From the NCBI GenBank assembly GCA_039630575.1, contig JBCNUW010000004.1, forward strand, positions 56,149 to 120,148: a stretch of DNA of 64,000 nt, read 5' to 3'. Shown one piece after another: positions 10,748 through 19,921 of this stretch. The notes below the pieces were generated by a model. The model did not search any database, was not told where the DNA came from, and was given only the letters and a program-made list of their open reading frames with translations. Made by a program: the position numbers and the translations under genes. This DNA is from Candidatus Hydrothermales bacterium (lineage in GTDB: Bacteria; Hydrothermota; Hydrothermia; Hydrothermales; JAJRUZ01). Positions within the stretch are counted from its first letter, which is position 1; each line of letters opens with the position of its first letter.

Positions 10748-11437
10748 ATGAAGAGAGAATTTTGTGTAATTGGAATTGGAAGATTTGGAAGACTACTCAT
10801 AGAGTATCTTACCAAACTGGGAGCTAAAGTTGTTGCTGTCGATAAGAATGAAGAAAAGGTTCTTTCTGTTCAAGAATTTGTTTTTGAATCATACGTAATG
10901 GATACAACTAATGAAAAAGCACTTAAAACGCTTGATATTAAAGATTTTGATGCTATACTCGTCACAATTACAAGTAATATTGAGTCTAGCATACTAACCT
11001 GTGTAATTCTAAAAGAGATGGGAGCAAGGAGGATAATAGCAAGGGTAAGAGACGAGTTACATTTTAAAATCCTCGATAAACTTGGTATTTCAAATATAAT
11101 TTTTCCTGAAAAGGCGATGGCTGAAAAAATTGCAAAAAACCTAGTCTCTCCAGGTCTTCTTGAAATAATTGAAGTATCCGATAAATATGTGCTTGAAGAA
11201 AGAGCTTCTTTACCTATATTTTCAAACAAAAAATTATCAGAATTAGAATTCCGATCAAAATTCGGTGTAAACATAATCGCGATAAAAAGGAAAATTCCGG
11301 AAGTCAATGAAAGGGGGAAAACTATTATAAAAGATGAAATAATAATCGGCCCTGGTGGAGACGAAGAGATAAAAGACGGAGATATACTTTTTGTTTTAGG
11401 TGAAAAGGAAAAAGTTGAAAACCTTTTTTCAAAATGA
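10748..11437 (+). CDS. ktrA: TrkA/KtrA family potassium uptake regulatory subunit
   Basis: GIGRFG RCK_N Rossmann motif; IIFPEK; RCK_C GVNIIAIKR. Confidence 0.88.
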   Translation: MKREFCVIGIGRFGRLLIEYLTKLGAKVVAVDKNEEKVLSVQEFVFESYVMDTTNEKALKTLDIKDFDAILVTITSNIESSILTCVILKEMGARRIIARVRDELHFKILDKLGISNIIFPEKAMAEKIAKNLVSPGLLEIIEVSDKYVLEERASLPIFSNKKLSELEFRSKFGVNIIAIKRKIPEVNERGKTIIKDEIIIGPGGDEEIKDGDILFVLGEKEKVENLFSK

Positions 11438-11682
11438 AAGAAGATTTACTCGATCAAGCTAAACTTTTGATTCTTTCACAAAATTATAGAAAAGCTAAGG
11501 AAATTCTTGAAAAACTTTATAAGAATAATCCATCTGACACCGAGATAATGTATCACCTTGCTCTTGTTAAGGAAATTCTCTATGAAAGGGAAGAAGCAAT
11601 AATTCTTTACAAAAAAATATTAGAAGTAATTCCTGATCATAAAGAAGCAAAAGAAAGACTTCAAAAGATCATGGAAGAATAG
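11434..11682 (+). CDS. Small TPR protein
   Basis: Two TPR-like helical repeats (AKEILEKL..NP, AIILYKKILE..PDH). Confidence 0.75.
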   Translation: MKEDLLDQAKLLILSQNYRKAKEILEKLYKNNPSDTEIMYHLALVKEILYEREEAIILYKKILEVIPDHKEAKERLQKIMEE

Positions 11683-14250
11683 ATGAATTTACTTAATTTA
11701 CTGAGTCAAGCAAAGAGTATAAACGATTTAATCGGAAATTTAAAAATTTATTTAGAGGAAACCCTTTCATCTGAGGTAAATCTTATAGATACAGAAAAAA
11801 TTAAGGATATACTTAATGTAGCAGATCTAAAGAAAATATTGATAGATAAAGAAAAAGTTATTAAAAATGAAAAAGTCTATATTCCACTTAAAGATGAGGA
11901 AAAAATTTATACAATCATTTCTTTCCAAAAAAAAGAGAGTGAAAAAATTGAGGAAATTGAAAATATATTAACTCTCACAAGTGTTTTTCTTAAAAATTAT
12001 AGGCTCTTTGAAGATGCAAAAAATGAAATTTTTAAGTTAAATTTTCTCTTTAACTTCCATAGATCCCTTGAATCACAAATAAAGGAAAATATAGAAAACT
12101 CCCTTAAAGAACTTTCATATCTTTTAAACTTAAAGGGACTTTACTTTAAATCAAAAAATCTTTTAATCAAAATAGGATCTTTAGACAAATTAGATGATGA
12201 AAAATTATATAAAACTTTACCTAGTTTTGAAACTAAGGGAGAATATTTAGAGTTTGATGAATTAAAACTCTTTTGTTTTTTAAAGGAAAAAACAATTTTA
12301 CTTGCTGAAAAGGAATATCTATTTGAGGATGAGAGGGAGTTTTTAATTTCTATTTTAGAACTAACAGAAGAATGGTATGAAGAAAAACTCCCCGTATCTT
12401 ATGAGCTGTTAGATAAGGTAATACACTTAGAACTCAACGATTCTTTAAAATTCCTTAAAAACTTTCTTAATGAAAAGTTTAATCTGAAAGAATGTGAAAT
12501 TTATATAAAAGAAGATGAAAAGTATAAGTCTATAGCAGAAAGAATTAACTTTGAGGAAAGGGAAGATTTAAATTTTTATAAATTAAAAGGTAGACAAGGT
12601 GAATATTTAATCTCCTTTACTGGAGAAAAAAAAGAAATTCCCTTAAACTTACTTTCAATTATTTTAGACCTTTTAACAATTAAAAGGAAAAATGAGGAAT
12701 TAGATAAGCTTAAAAGAGTGTTAATAAGAATTATGGAAGTTATTACCCATATTGAAAACATAGATGAAATTCTTTATCACGTTTGCTTTATTATAAAAGA
12801 AGAATTAGATATAGTTTATGCTGGATTTCTTTTAAGGGAAGAAGAAGATTATCTTAGAATGAAGGTTGGTATTGGTTATGAGGATTATGAGAAACTTTTA
12901 AAAAGAAAGTTAAAAATTGGACTTGAAGGTTTATCAGGATTTGCAGCACATACAAAAGAGATTGTATACTCACCTGATGTTTCAAAGGATGCAAGGTATA
13001 TTCCAGCCTCTCCTATTGTGAAATCAGAGGTTGCATTACCAATGATTGTTGATAATAAAGTGATAGGTGTGATGATTATATCATCACCAAAAATAGATGG
13101 CTTTTCAAAAGAAGACATAGAGACATTTGAAAAAATATCAAAATTTGCTTCTTACTTTCTTAAATATAGGAAAATCATTGATGAACTTAAAAAAAATTTA
13201 TCTTCATTAAAGGAAGAGGAAGAGTTTATAGATGTGATTCTTAAAAACATCCCTATAGGAATAATCTATGCTGAAAGAGATCTCTATATAAAAAGAGTTA
13301 ATTATGCAGCTATTTATACTTTAAAACTAAAAGAAGAGGAAATAAAGGGAACAATTTTATGTAAGATTTTTGAAGAACATGAACCTGGAGATCCTAATTG
13401 CATATTTAAAAAAAGTTTAGAGGAAAGGATACCTTTAGTAAAGAGAAATGTTGAAGTAAAAAAAGGTGAAGAAGTTTTACCTCTTTCTCTTTCCTCAACT
13501 TTTATATATGAAAAAGAAAAAATAAAGGGACTCATACTCATGATTGAGGATATAAAGGAGGTAGTTGCTTTAGAAGAACAGCTTAGAAGGTCAGAAAGAC
13601 TTTCAGCAATTGGTAGAATAGCAGCACATATGGCTCATGAAATTAAAAATCCTCTTGCAAGTATCTCTGTTGGAATAGAATACATTTACTCAAGTTTAGA
13701 AGAAGATGATCCTAAGAAAAAGCACCTTGGGGTAATATTGAAAGAAATATCAAGGCTTGATAGGTTAATAAAAAACCTTCTTTCTTTTGCAAGAAGACCC
13801 CCCTTAAAGAGAAAAAGAGTAAATTTAAGAGACATGATAGAGGAACTTGCGATATTTTTCGGTCAGGAATTAAAAGAAAAGAAAATAGAGCTAGATTTAA
13901 GCTTACCAGAATATGATACTATTGCTTTTGTTGATGAAGATCAGATGAAAGAGGTAATGGAAAACTTAATTAGAAACGCAATTGAGGCAATGCCAGACGG
14001 GGGGAAATTAGCTATATCTTTAGGAGAAAAGAAAGGAGGAACAATTTTTATTACTGTTGAGGATACAGGAGTTGGAGTAGAGCCTTCTGAATTAGCTCAC
14101 ATTTTTGAGCCCTTTTATACTACTAAAAAGGGTGGTTCAGGACTAGGACTTTCAATTGTACATAGAATATTGGAGGACCATGGAGCCAAGATAAACGTAG
14201 AAAGCGAAAAGGGGAAAGGTACGAAATTTTTAATTGATTTACCAAAATAA
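11683..14250 (+). CDS. Cytoplasmic GAF/PAS sensor histidine kinase
   Basis: H-box AHEIKNPL, N-box NLIRNAIEA, DTGVG, FEPFYTTK and GSGLGL; GAF SEVALPM. Confidence 0.93.
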   Translation: MNLLNLLSQAKSINDLIGNLKIYLEETLSSEVNLIDTEKIKDILNVADLKKILIDKEKVIKNEKVYIPLKDEEKIYTIISFQKKESEKIEEIENILTLTSVFLKNYRLFEDAKNEIFKLNFLFNFHRSLESQIKENIENSLKELSYLLNLKGLYFKSKNLLIKIGSLDKLDDEKLYKTLPSFETKGEYLEFDELKLFCFLKEKTILLAEKEYLFEDEREFLISILELTEEWYEEKLPVSYELLDKVIHLELNDSLKFLKNFLNEKFNLKECEIYIKEDEKYKSIAERINFEEREDLNFYKLKGRQGEYLISFTGEKKEIPLNLLSIILDLLTIKRKNEELDKLKRVLIRIMEVITHIENIDEILYHVCFIIKEELDIVYAGFLLREEEDYLRMKVGIGYEDYEKLLKRKLKIGLEGLSGFAAHTKEIVYSPDVSKDARYIPASPIVKSEVALPMIVDNKVIGVMIISSPKIDGFSKEDIETFEKISKFASYFLKYRKIIDELKKNLSSLKEEEEFIDVILKNIPIGIIYAERDLYIKRVNYAAIYTLKLKEEEIKGTILCKIFEEHEPGDPNCIFKKSLEERIPLVKRNVEVKKGEEVLPLSLSSTFIYEKEKIKGLILMIEDIKEVVALEEQLRRSERLSAIGRIAAHMAHEIKNPLASISVGIEYIYSSLEEDDPKKKHLGVILKEISRLDRLIKNLLSFARRPPLKRKRVNLRDMIEELAIFFGQELKEKKIELDLSLPEYDTIAFVDEDQMKEVMENLIRNAIEAMPDGGKLAISLGEKKGGTIFITVEDTGVGVEPSELAHIFEPFYTTKKGGSGLGLSIVHRILEDHGAKINVESEKGKGTKFLIDLPK

Positions 14251-14276
14251 AGAGCTTAAAATATAAGTATTAAATT

Positions 14277-15764
14277 ATGAAAGAAGAAAAATGGAGAATA
14301 CTTGTAGTAGATGATGAAGAGACTTTAGCAAATTTCATTGTAAAGAATATTACTCAGGATAACTTGGATTATGAGGTGAGGGTAGCAAACAGCGGAAATG
14401 ATGCCTTGAAAATAATTGAGGGTTTTTTACCTCATTTAATTCTTCAGGATATAAAACTGCCTGACATTACGGGAATTGAAATTTTAAAAGCTGCTAAGGC
14501 TTTAGATCCTGATGTTCAAGTTATAATGATGACAGCTTACGCTTCTCTTGAGACTTCTATTGAAGCTTTAAAGGCTGGTGCCTACGATTATCTTATAAAA
14601 CCCTTTAAAGTTGAGACACTTAAAAATACTATAAAAAACGCTCTTGGTAAAAGAAAATTGCAAGAGGAAAATAAAAAACTTTTAAGTGAACTTGCAAGAT
14701 TAAATAAAGAGTTAACGATAGCAAATGAGAGGTTAAAAATTGCAAAAGCTGATGTAGATAGAAAACTTGAGGAAAAAATTAAAAAACTTTCAAAAATTCT
14801 TTCTTGGAGTGACAAACTTCAATCGGAAATTAATTTTGAGAAACTTTTATCCCTAATTTTAAAAGGGGTAATGGAGGTAGCAGAAAAACAGGATTGTGCG
14901 ATTCTTATTAAAGAAAACGGCAGTTTTGAAGTGAATGAAGTATACGGTTTTGATAATGTTATTAAAAAAGAAGATAAGTTAAGCCTGGAAAATGAAAAGG
15001 AAAGTTATATTATTAAATATAAGGAGGGTGAAATTAGAGAAATTATAGTTATCCCGATGGAGACAAAGGAGGAGTTAATAGGTGTTTTGATTGTTGGAAA
15101 TAGAACTACGGAGAACTTAGAAGAAATAAAAGAGGAACTTTTAATATTTGCGAAACAAGCAGCTTCTTCACTTCAAAATGCTCTTTTATTTAAAAAACTT
15201 GAGAGGAGCTATATAGAGTCACTTATGGCACTTGTAAGAGCAACAGAGGCAAAGGATCCATCTTTAAGGGGACACTCACAAAGAGTCTCGGATCTTGCTG
15301 TTAGACTCTCAAAGAAATTTAATCTCTCAGAAGAGGAAATTAAAAACATAAGGTATGCTGCTTTACTTCACGATGTGGGTAAGATTGGTATAAAGGAATA
15401 TTTACTTGATAAGCCTGGAACACTCTCACGAGAGGAAATGGAGTTAATGAAAGAGCATATAAATATAGGTATTGAAATTTTAAAACCTGTTGCCTTTTTA
15501 AAACAAGTTTTACCATTAATAAAATATCATCATGAAAACTGGGATGGTTCTGGATACCCCGAGCAGCTAAAAGGAGAGGAAATTCCGTTAGGTTCTCAAA
15601 TTATATCCATATGTGATGCCTACGATGCAATTACTCATGAAAGAAGTTACGCTGATAAATTGAGTAAAAAGGAGGCAATGGAACTTTTAAAAAATTTAAA
15701 GGGAAATAAATTTAATCCAATAGTTGTAGATAAATTTATAGAGTTATTGGAGGAAACTTTATGA
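14277..15764 (+). CDS. Response regulator with GAF and HD-GYP cyclic-dinucleotide phosphodiesterase domain
   Basis: REC domain (VVDDE, DIKLP, KPF); LHDVGKIG; HHENWDGSGYP. Confidence 0.93.
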   Translation: MKEEKWRILVVDDEETLANFIVKNITQDNLDYEVRVANSGNDALKIIEGFLPHLILQDIKLPDITGIEILKAAKALDPDVQVIMMTAYASLETSIEALKAGAYDYLIKPFKVETLKNTIKNALGKRKLQEENKKLLSELARLNKELTIANERLKIAKADVDRKLEEKIKKLSKILSWSDKLQSEINFEKLLSLILKGVMEVAEKQDCAILIKENGSFEVNEVYGFDNVIKKEDKLSLENEKESYIIKYKEGEIREIIVIPMETKEELIGVLIVGNRTTENLEEIKEELLIFAKQAASSLQNALLFKKLERSYIESLMALVRATEAKDPSLRGHSQRVSDLAVRLSKKFNLSEEEIKNIRYAALLHDVGKIGIKEYLLDKPGTLSREEMELMKEHINIGIEILKPVAFLKQVLPLIKYHHENWDGSGYPEQLKGEEIPLGSQIISICDAYDAITHERSYADKLSKKEAMELLKNLKGNKFNPIVVDKFIELLEETL

Positions 15765-16129
15765 AAAGAATAAAAATTTTAGTTGTTGAGGATGAAGGAC
15801 CTTTGTCCTTTTTTGTAACCCAGAGTTTAAAAGAGGAACATGACGTTATTCTAGCAAGAACAGGAGAGGAGGCTCTAGAAAAATTCGCTCCAGGAGAGTT
15901 TGATCTAATAATAACTGACATAAAATTGCCAGGAATGTCAGGGCTTGAATTACTTTCAAAAATCCAATTACAGGATCCTAATATAAAATCTATTGTAGTA
16001 ACAGCCTATGATTCATTCGAAACAAGGGAAAAGGTTAAAAACTTAAATGCAGATTTTTTCCTTCCAAAACCATTTACAGTCCAAACTTTAAGAGAAGCTA
16101 TAAAAAAATTATTCAAAGAAGAAAATTGA
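15761..16129 (+). CDS. Single-domain (CheY-like) response regulator
   Basis: VVEDE, DIKLPGMSG, KPF. Confidence 0.92.
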   Translation: MKRIKILVVEDEGPLSFFVTQSLKEEHDVILARTGEEALEKFAPGEFDLIITDIKLPGMSGLELLSKIQLQDPNIKSIVVTAYDSFETREKVKNLNADFFLPKPFTVQTLREAIKKLFKEEN

Positions 16130-16154
16130 AAAAAAATAATTTAGAAATTATAAT
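16126..16154 (+). promoter_or_regulatory. Sigma70-type promoter of the tRNA(CAT)-folP unit
   Basis: TTGAAA-17 nt-TATAAT, ending 8 nt before the tRNA. Confidence 0.75.
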
Positions 16155-16162
16155 TAAAAATA

Positions 16163-16235
<73 letters not shown>

Positions 16236-16248
16236 TTCCAATTTCTCT

Positions 16249-17091
16249 TTGATCTTTTCCTTTAAAGAAGGTTTTATTAACCTTGATAAACCAAAAATTA
16301 TGGGAATTTTGAATGTGACTCCAGATTCCTTTTTTGATGGTGGAAAATTTTTAGATGTTGATAAAGCTGTGGAATGGGGAAAGTATTTATCAAAGAATGG
16401 TGCTGACATCTTGGATATTGGGGGTGAATCTACAAGGCCATTTTCAGAAGAAGTGCCAATTGAAATTGAACTAAAAAGAGTAATACCTGTTATTGAAAAA
16501 TTAAGAAAAGAAATAGACGTACCAATTTCAATTGATACAAGAAAATCAAAAGTAGCTTTAGAAGCCTTAAAAAAGGGTGCTAACATAGTAAATGATATAT
16601 CAGGACTAAGAGATGATAAAGAAATGGTAGAGGTTGTTAAGAAATTTGATGCAGGTATTGTAATAATGCATATTAGGGGAACACCTAAGGATATGCAAAT
16701 TGATCCCCATTATAAAGACACAGTTAAAGAAATAAAGGAAGAGCTAAAAGAAAAAATAAACTATGCCTTAGAGAAAGGTATTAAAAGAGAAAAAATAGTT
16801 ATTGATCCTGGAATAGGTTTTGGTAAAAGAGTAGTTGATAATCTTTTAATTTTAAAAAAAATTGAAGAGTTTAAAGAACTTAACTTTCCTATATTAGTTG
16901 GTCATTCAAGAAAATCCTTTATAGGTAAAGTTTTAAACTTAGATAAACCTGAAGATAGGGGAATTCCAACACTTGCTATTTCAGCCTATTTATTTTTAAA
17001 AAATATAAATATTTTAAGAGTTCATGATGTGAAAGAAACAAAGGAAGTTTTCATAATTTTAGATGCCCTTTTAAATCCTGATGGGCATTAA
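16249..17091 (+). CDS. folP: Dihydropteroate synthase
   Basis: MGILNVTPDSFFDGG, DIGGESTRP, DPGIGFGK, SRKSF, RVHDV. Confidence 0.96.
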   Translation: MIFSFKEGFINLDKPKIMGILNVTPDSFFDGGKFLDVDKAVEWGKYLSKNGADILDIGGESTRPFSEEVPIEIELKRVIPVIEKLRKEIDVPISIDTRKSKVALEALKKGANIVNDISGLRDDKEMVEVVKKFDAGIVIMHIRGTPKDMQIDPHYKDTVKEIKEELKEKINYALEKGIKREKIVIDPGIGFGKRVVDNLLILKKIEEFKELNFPILVGHSRKSFIGKVLNLDKPEDRGIPTLAISAYLFLKNINILRVHDVKETKEVFIILDALLNPDGH

Positions 17092-18159
17092 AAGATAAAG
17101 ATAGTTAGAAGTACTTTCACCCCTTAAAATACAGGCACTTTCACTCCCTGTAATCCCTATAAAAACAACGTCTTCATCAATATGTCTTAAGATTTCAAGT
17201 AAATAGTTGCAGTTAAATCCTATTTCTATCCTTTCACCTTCATAGAACCCCTTTAATTTCTCATAGCCTTCTCCTATTTCACCAGAAACAGCTTTTACTG
17301 TAAGTGAGTCAGGCGAAAGTGAAAATTGAATAGGATTGTTTGGTGGTGATGTAAAGATGTGAAGTCTTCTTAAAGTTTCCATCAAATCCTGTTTTGAAAT
17401 TTTTAAATTGTTTGGTACATCAACAGGGATAACTGCTCTATAATCTGGAAACTTATCGTCAACGAGGTTAACTATTTCGTATCCATTGCTGAAATTAAAT
17501 TGAATTTTTGTATCTGAGAAAAGTATCTTTATTTGCTCTTTTTTGTAATTTTTTAAGAAGTCAAAACTTTTTGGGTCAACTAAAAAATTTCCCTCTAATC
17601 CATTATTCTCTATTTCTATATCATAAACTCCAAGTCTATGAGAATCAGAAGACACAATAGAAAGCCTTTTTCCTTTTACATCAAGTAAAATGTTATTTAA
17701 AAACTGTCTTGAATCATTCTTTGCTACACAGAATGAAACTTTTTCCACACCCTCTAAAATAATATCTGATGAGATAGTTATTTCATTTTTTCCTGTAACC
17801 TCCTCAACTAAAGGAAATTCCTCTGCTGGTTGAATAAAAAAACTGTACTGTCCTTGTGAAGTGTAAATTATAAGCTCTCTTTCTTCTTTTTTTTCTATTA
17901 AAATTTTTTCATTCTTAAGCCTTGAAGTTATTTCCTTTAACTCCTTTCCCCTTACACATAATGCTCCTTCTTCCTCAACCTCTACTGATCCCTTAACTTT
18001 TAAAGAAAAGTTCAGGTTTGTTGAAAAAAGACTAAGTTCATCTCCTTTTGCTTCTAATTTAATATTTTCTAGAATTGGTAAAGCTGCTCTAGACGGAACT
18101 GCATGGTATACACTTTCAATCATTTTCAAAAATTCATCCTTTGTTATTCTAAATTTCAT
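17071..18159 (-). CDS. dnaN: DNA polymerase III beta sliding clamp
   Basis: PILENI, SDSHRL, FPDYRAVIP, IGFN, LLMPIR; downstream of dnaA. Confidence 0.96.
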   Translation of the reverse strand: MKFRITKDEFLKMIESVYHAVPSRAALPILENIKLEAKGDELSLFSTNLNFSLKVKGSVEVEEEGALCVRGKELKEITSRLKNEKILIEKKEERELIIYTSQGQYSFFIQPAEEFPLVEEVTGKNEITISSDIILEGVEKVSFCVAKNDSRQFLNNILLDVKGKRLSIVSSDSHRLGVYDIEIENNGLEGNFLVDPKSFDFLKNYKKEQIKILFSDTKIQFNFSNGYEIVNLVDDKFPDYRAVIPVDVPNNLKISKQDLMETLRRLHIFTSPPNNPIQFSLSPDSLTVKAVSGEIGEGYEKLKGFYEGERIEIGFNCNYLLEILRHIDEDVVFIGITGSESACILRGESTSNYLYLLMPIRI

Positions 18160-18178
18160 AAATTAAAAGTTCATTATA

Positions 18179-18189
18179 GGATTTGAACC
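18179..18189 (-). promoter_or_regulatory. T-loop-like leader motif GGTTCAAATCC, 19 nt upstream of dnaN
   Basis: AGG-TTCAAAT-CCT; no SD before the ATG. Confidence 0.6.
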
Positions 18190-18194
18190 TCATT

Positions 18195-18323
18195 TTAATA
18201 AAAAATATATAAAATAATTATAATGTTAAAGATGTGGAAATTTAAAACAGCAAGTAATTTAAGTCAAAAGCTTCTTGTGGAAAGTTTGTGGAAAGAGCAT
18301 ATCCTTGTTTATCCACATAAAAT
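18195..18323. other. Probable oriC part downstream of dnaA: AT-rich tract plus DnaA boxes
   Basis: TGTGGAAA boxes starting at 18233, 18276 and 18287; perfect TTATCCACA at 18309-18317; pure A/T tract at about 18195-18224. Confidence 0.75.
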
Positions 18324-19646
18324 TCACATTCTTTTTAACATTTTCTCTATATCAAAAATTTCATTTTTTAATTTCTCATCTTTGTTTAATAAACTCTCAA
18401 CTTTTTCTATTGCATGGAGGACAGTGGTATGGTCCTTCCCAAAAAATCTTGCAATTTCCACTATGGGCATGTTGAACACATTTTTCATAATAAACATACT
18501 TATCTGTCTTGCCTGAACAAGTTCTTTCTTTTGTTTTTTACTCATTATTTCAGTCTTTGGTAAGTTATAATATTCAGAGACAGTCATTAGAACATCTTGA
18601 GGATCATTGGCTAAAGCTTTTGAGAATATATCACTCAAAAACTTATGTGCCAAGGTTAAGTTGATCTTTATGTTTTTTGATGATTGAATTGCATAAAGTT
18701 TAACTATACAGCTTTCGAGTAGCCTAACATTTTTTTTAACATTCTTTGCAATCAACTCAAGAACATCATCTGAAACTTCTAAACCCCTCTCTTGTGCCTT
18801 TAATTTTAAAATAGCTAGCCTTGTTTCATATTCGGGTGGTTTTATGTCAGTTACAAGACCCCATGAGAACCTGTCTACCAATCTTTCAGCAATGTTGTCG
18901 AGTTCCCATGGTGCACGGTCTGCTGTAAATACTACTTGTTTTTTTTCATTATAAAAGGAATTAAAGATGTGAAATAGAGCTTCCTGAGAAAAATCAGCTC
19001 CAGCCAAAAAATGGATATCGTCAATTAATAGAATTTCAAAGGTTCTAATCTTATTTCTAAATTCATTCATTTTTCTTCTTTGAATAGCATCTACAATTTT
19101 AGAAATAAGGTCTTCAGATGTAATTAATAAAATTTTTGCATTTCTCTTTCTTTTTAAAACATCGTTTCCAATGGCATGGAGTAAATGAGTTTTACCAAGT
19201 CCTACCCCCCCATATATAAAAAAGGGATTATACTCACTACCTGGAGCATGGGCAACAGCTCTTGCTGCTGTATAAGCCATTTCATTATTTTTACCAGTTA
19301 CAAAATTTTCAAAAGTATACTTTGAATTTAAACCATACCCTGAAACTTCATTACTTAATTCCTTTACCTCCATTACAGTATCTTTTTCCTCATCTTTTTT
19401 TTCATCTTTCTTTACTTCATATACAAGTTTAACCATAGGATAGCCAAGCTCCATAAGTACTCTTTTTAGCTTCACATCAAATACCTTCTGCATTATACTT
19501 AACACATAACTATTGTCACAGATTATTCTCATCACATGATCAGGCTCAAGATCTCCTGCCTTTACCTTTTCAAAAAATTTATACTCATTATCAGATAATT
19601 CTGTTTTTAACTTTTCCTTCATAAGATCCCATAATTTCATCCTCAT
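18324..19646 (-). CDS. dnaA: Chromosomal replication initiator DnaA (start moved to the ATG at 19646, behind AGGAGG)
   Basis: YTFENFV, YNPFFIYGGVGLGKTHL, DDIHFL, DHTTVLHA. Confidence 0.97.
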   Translation of the reverse strand: MRMKLWDLMKEKLKTELSDNEYKFFEKVKAGDLEPDHVMRIICDNSYVLSIMQKVFDVKLKRVLMELGYPMVKLVYEVKKDEKKDEEKDTVMEVKELSNEVSGYGLNSKYTFENFVTGKNNEMAYTAARAVAHAPGSEYNPFFIYGGVGLGKTHLLHAIGNDVLKRKRNAKILLITSEDLISKIVDAIQRRKMNEFRNKIRTFEILLIDDIHFLAGADFSQEALFHIFNSFYNEKKQVVFTADRAPWELDNIAERLVDRFSWGLVTDIKPPEYETRLAILKLKAQERGLEVSDDVLELIAKNVKKNVRLLESCIVKLYAIQSSKNIKINLTLAHKFLSDIFSKALANDPQDVLMTVSEYYNLPKTEIMSKKQKKELVQARQISMFIMKNVFNMPIVEIARFFGKDHTTVLHAIEKVESLLNKDEKLKNEIFDIEKMLKRM

Positions 19647-19669
19647 TTTAATTCCCTCCTTGGTATTTA

Positions 19670-19760
19670 ATTTTTCCACAAAGATTTCCACAAATTTTTT
19701 TATAAAAATTTGTCTCTATATGAGAAAAATACTTAAATTTGTGAAAAAATTTCCACAGGC
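19670..19760. other. DnaA-box cluster upstream of dnaA
   Basis: TTTTCCACA (about 19671), ATTTCCACA (about 19684 and 19749), TGTGAAAAA (about 19740). Confidence 0.7.
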
Positions 19761-19921
19761 AGTTAAAATAATACTTTTCAAAATTTTCCTCTAAATCAAG
19801 TTTGTTTGAAATTTTTGAAATTAATTCTTCTATCTTTTTGTTTTGTTCCATAGTAGTTAATTAATAAAGTCTAAGTACATTCTTTGTCAAATAAAATTAC
19901 CGGTTTCTTATAATTTTAAAA

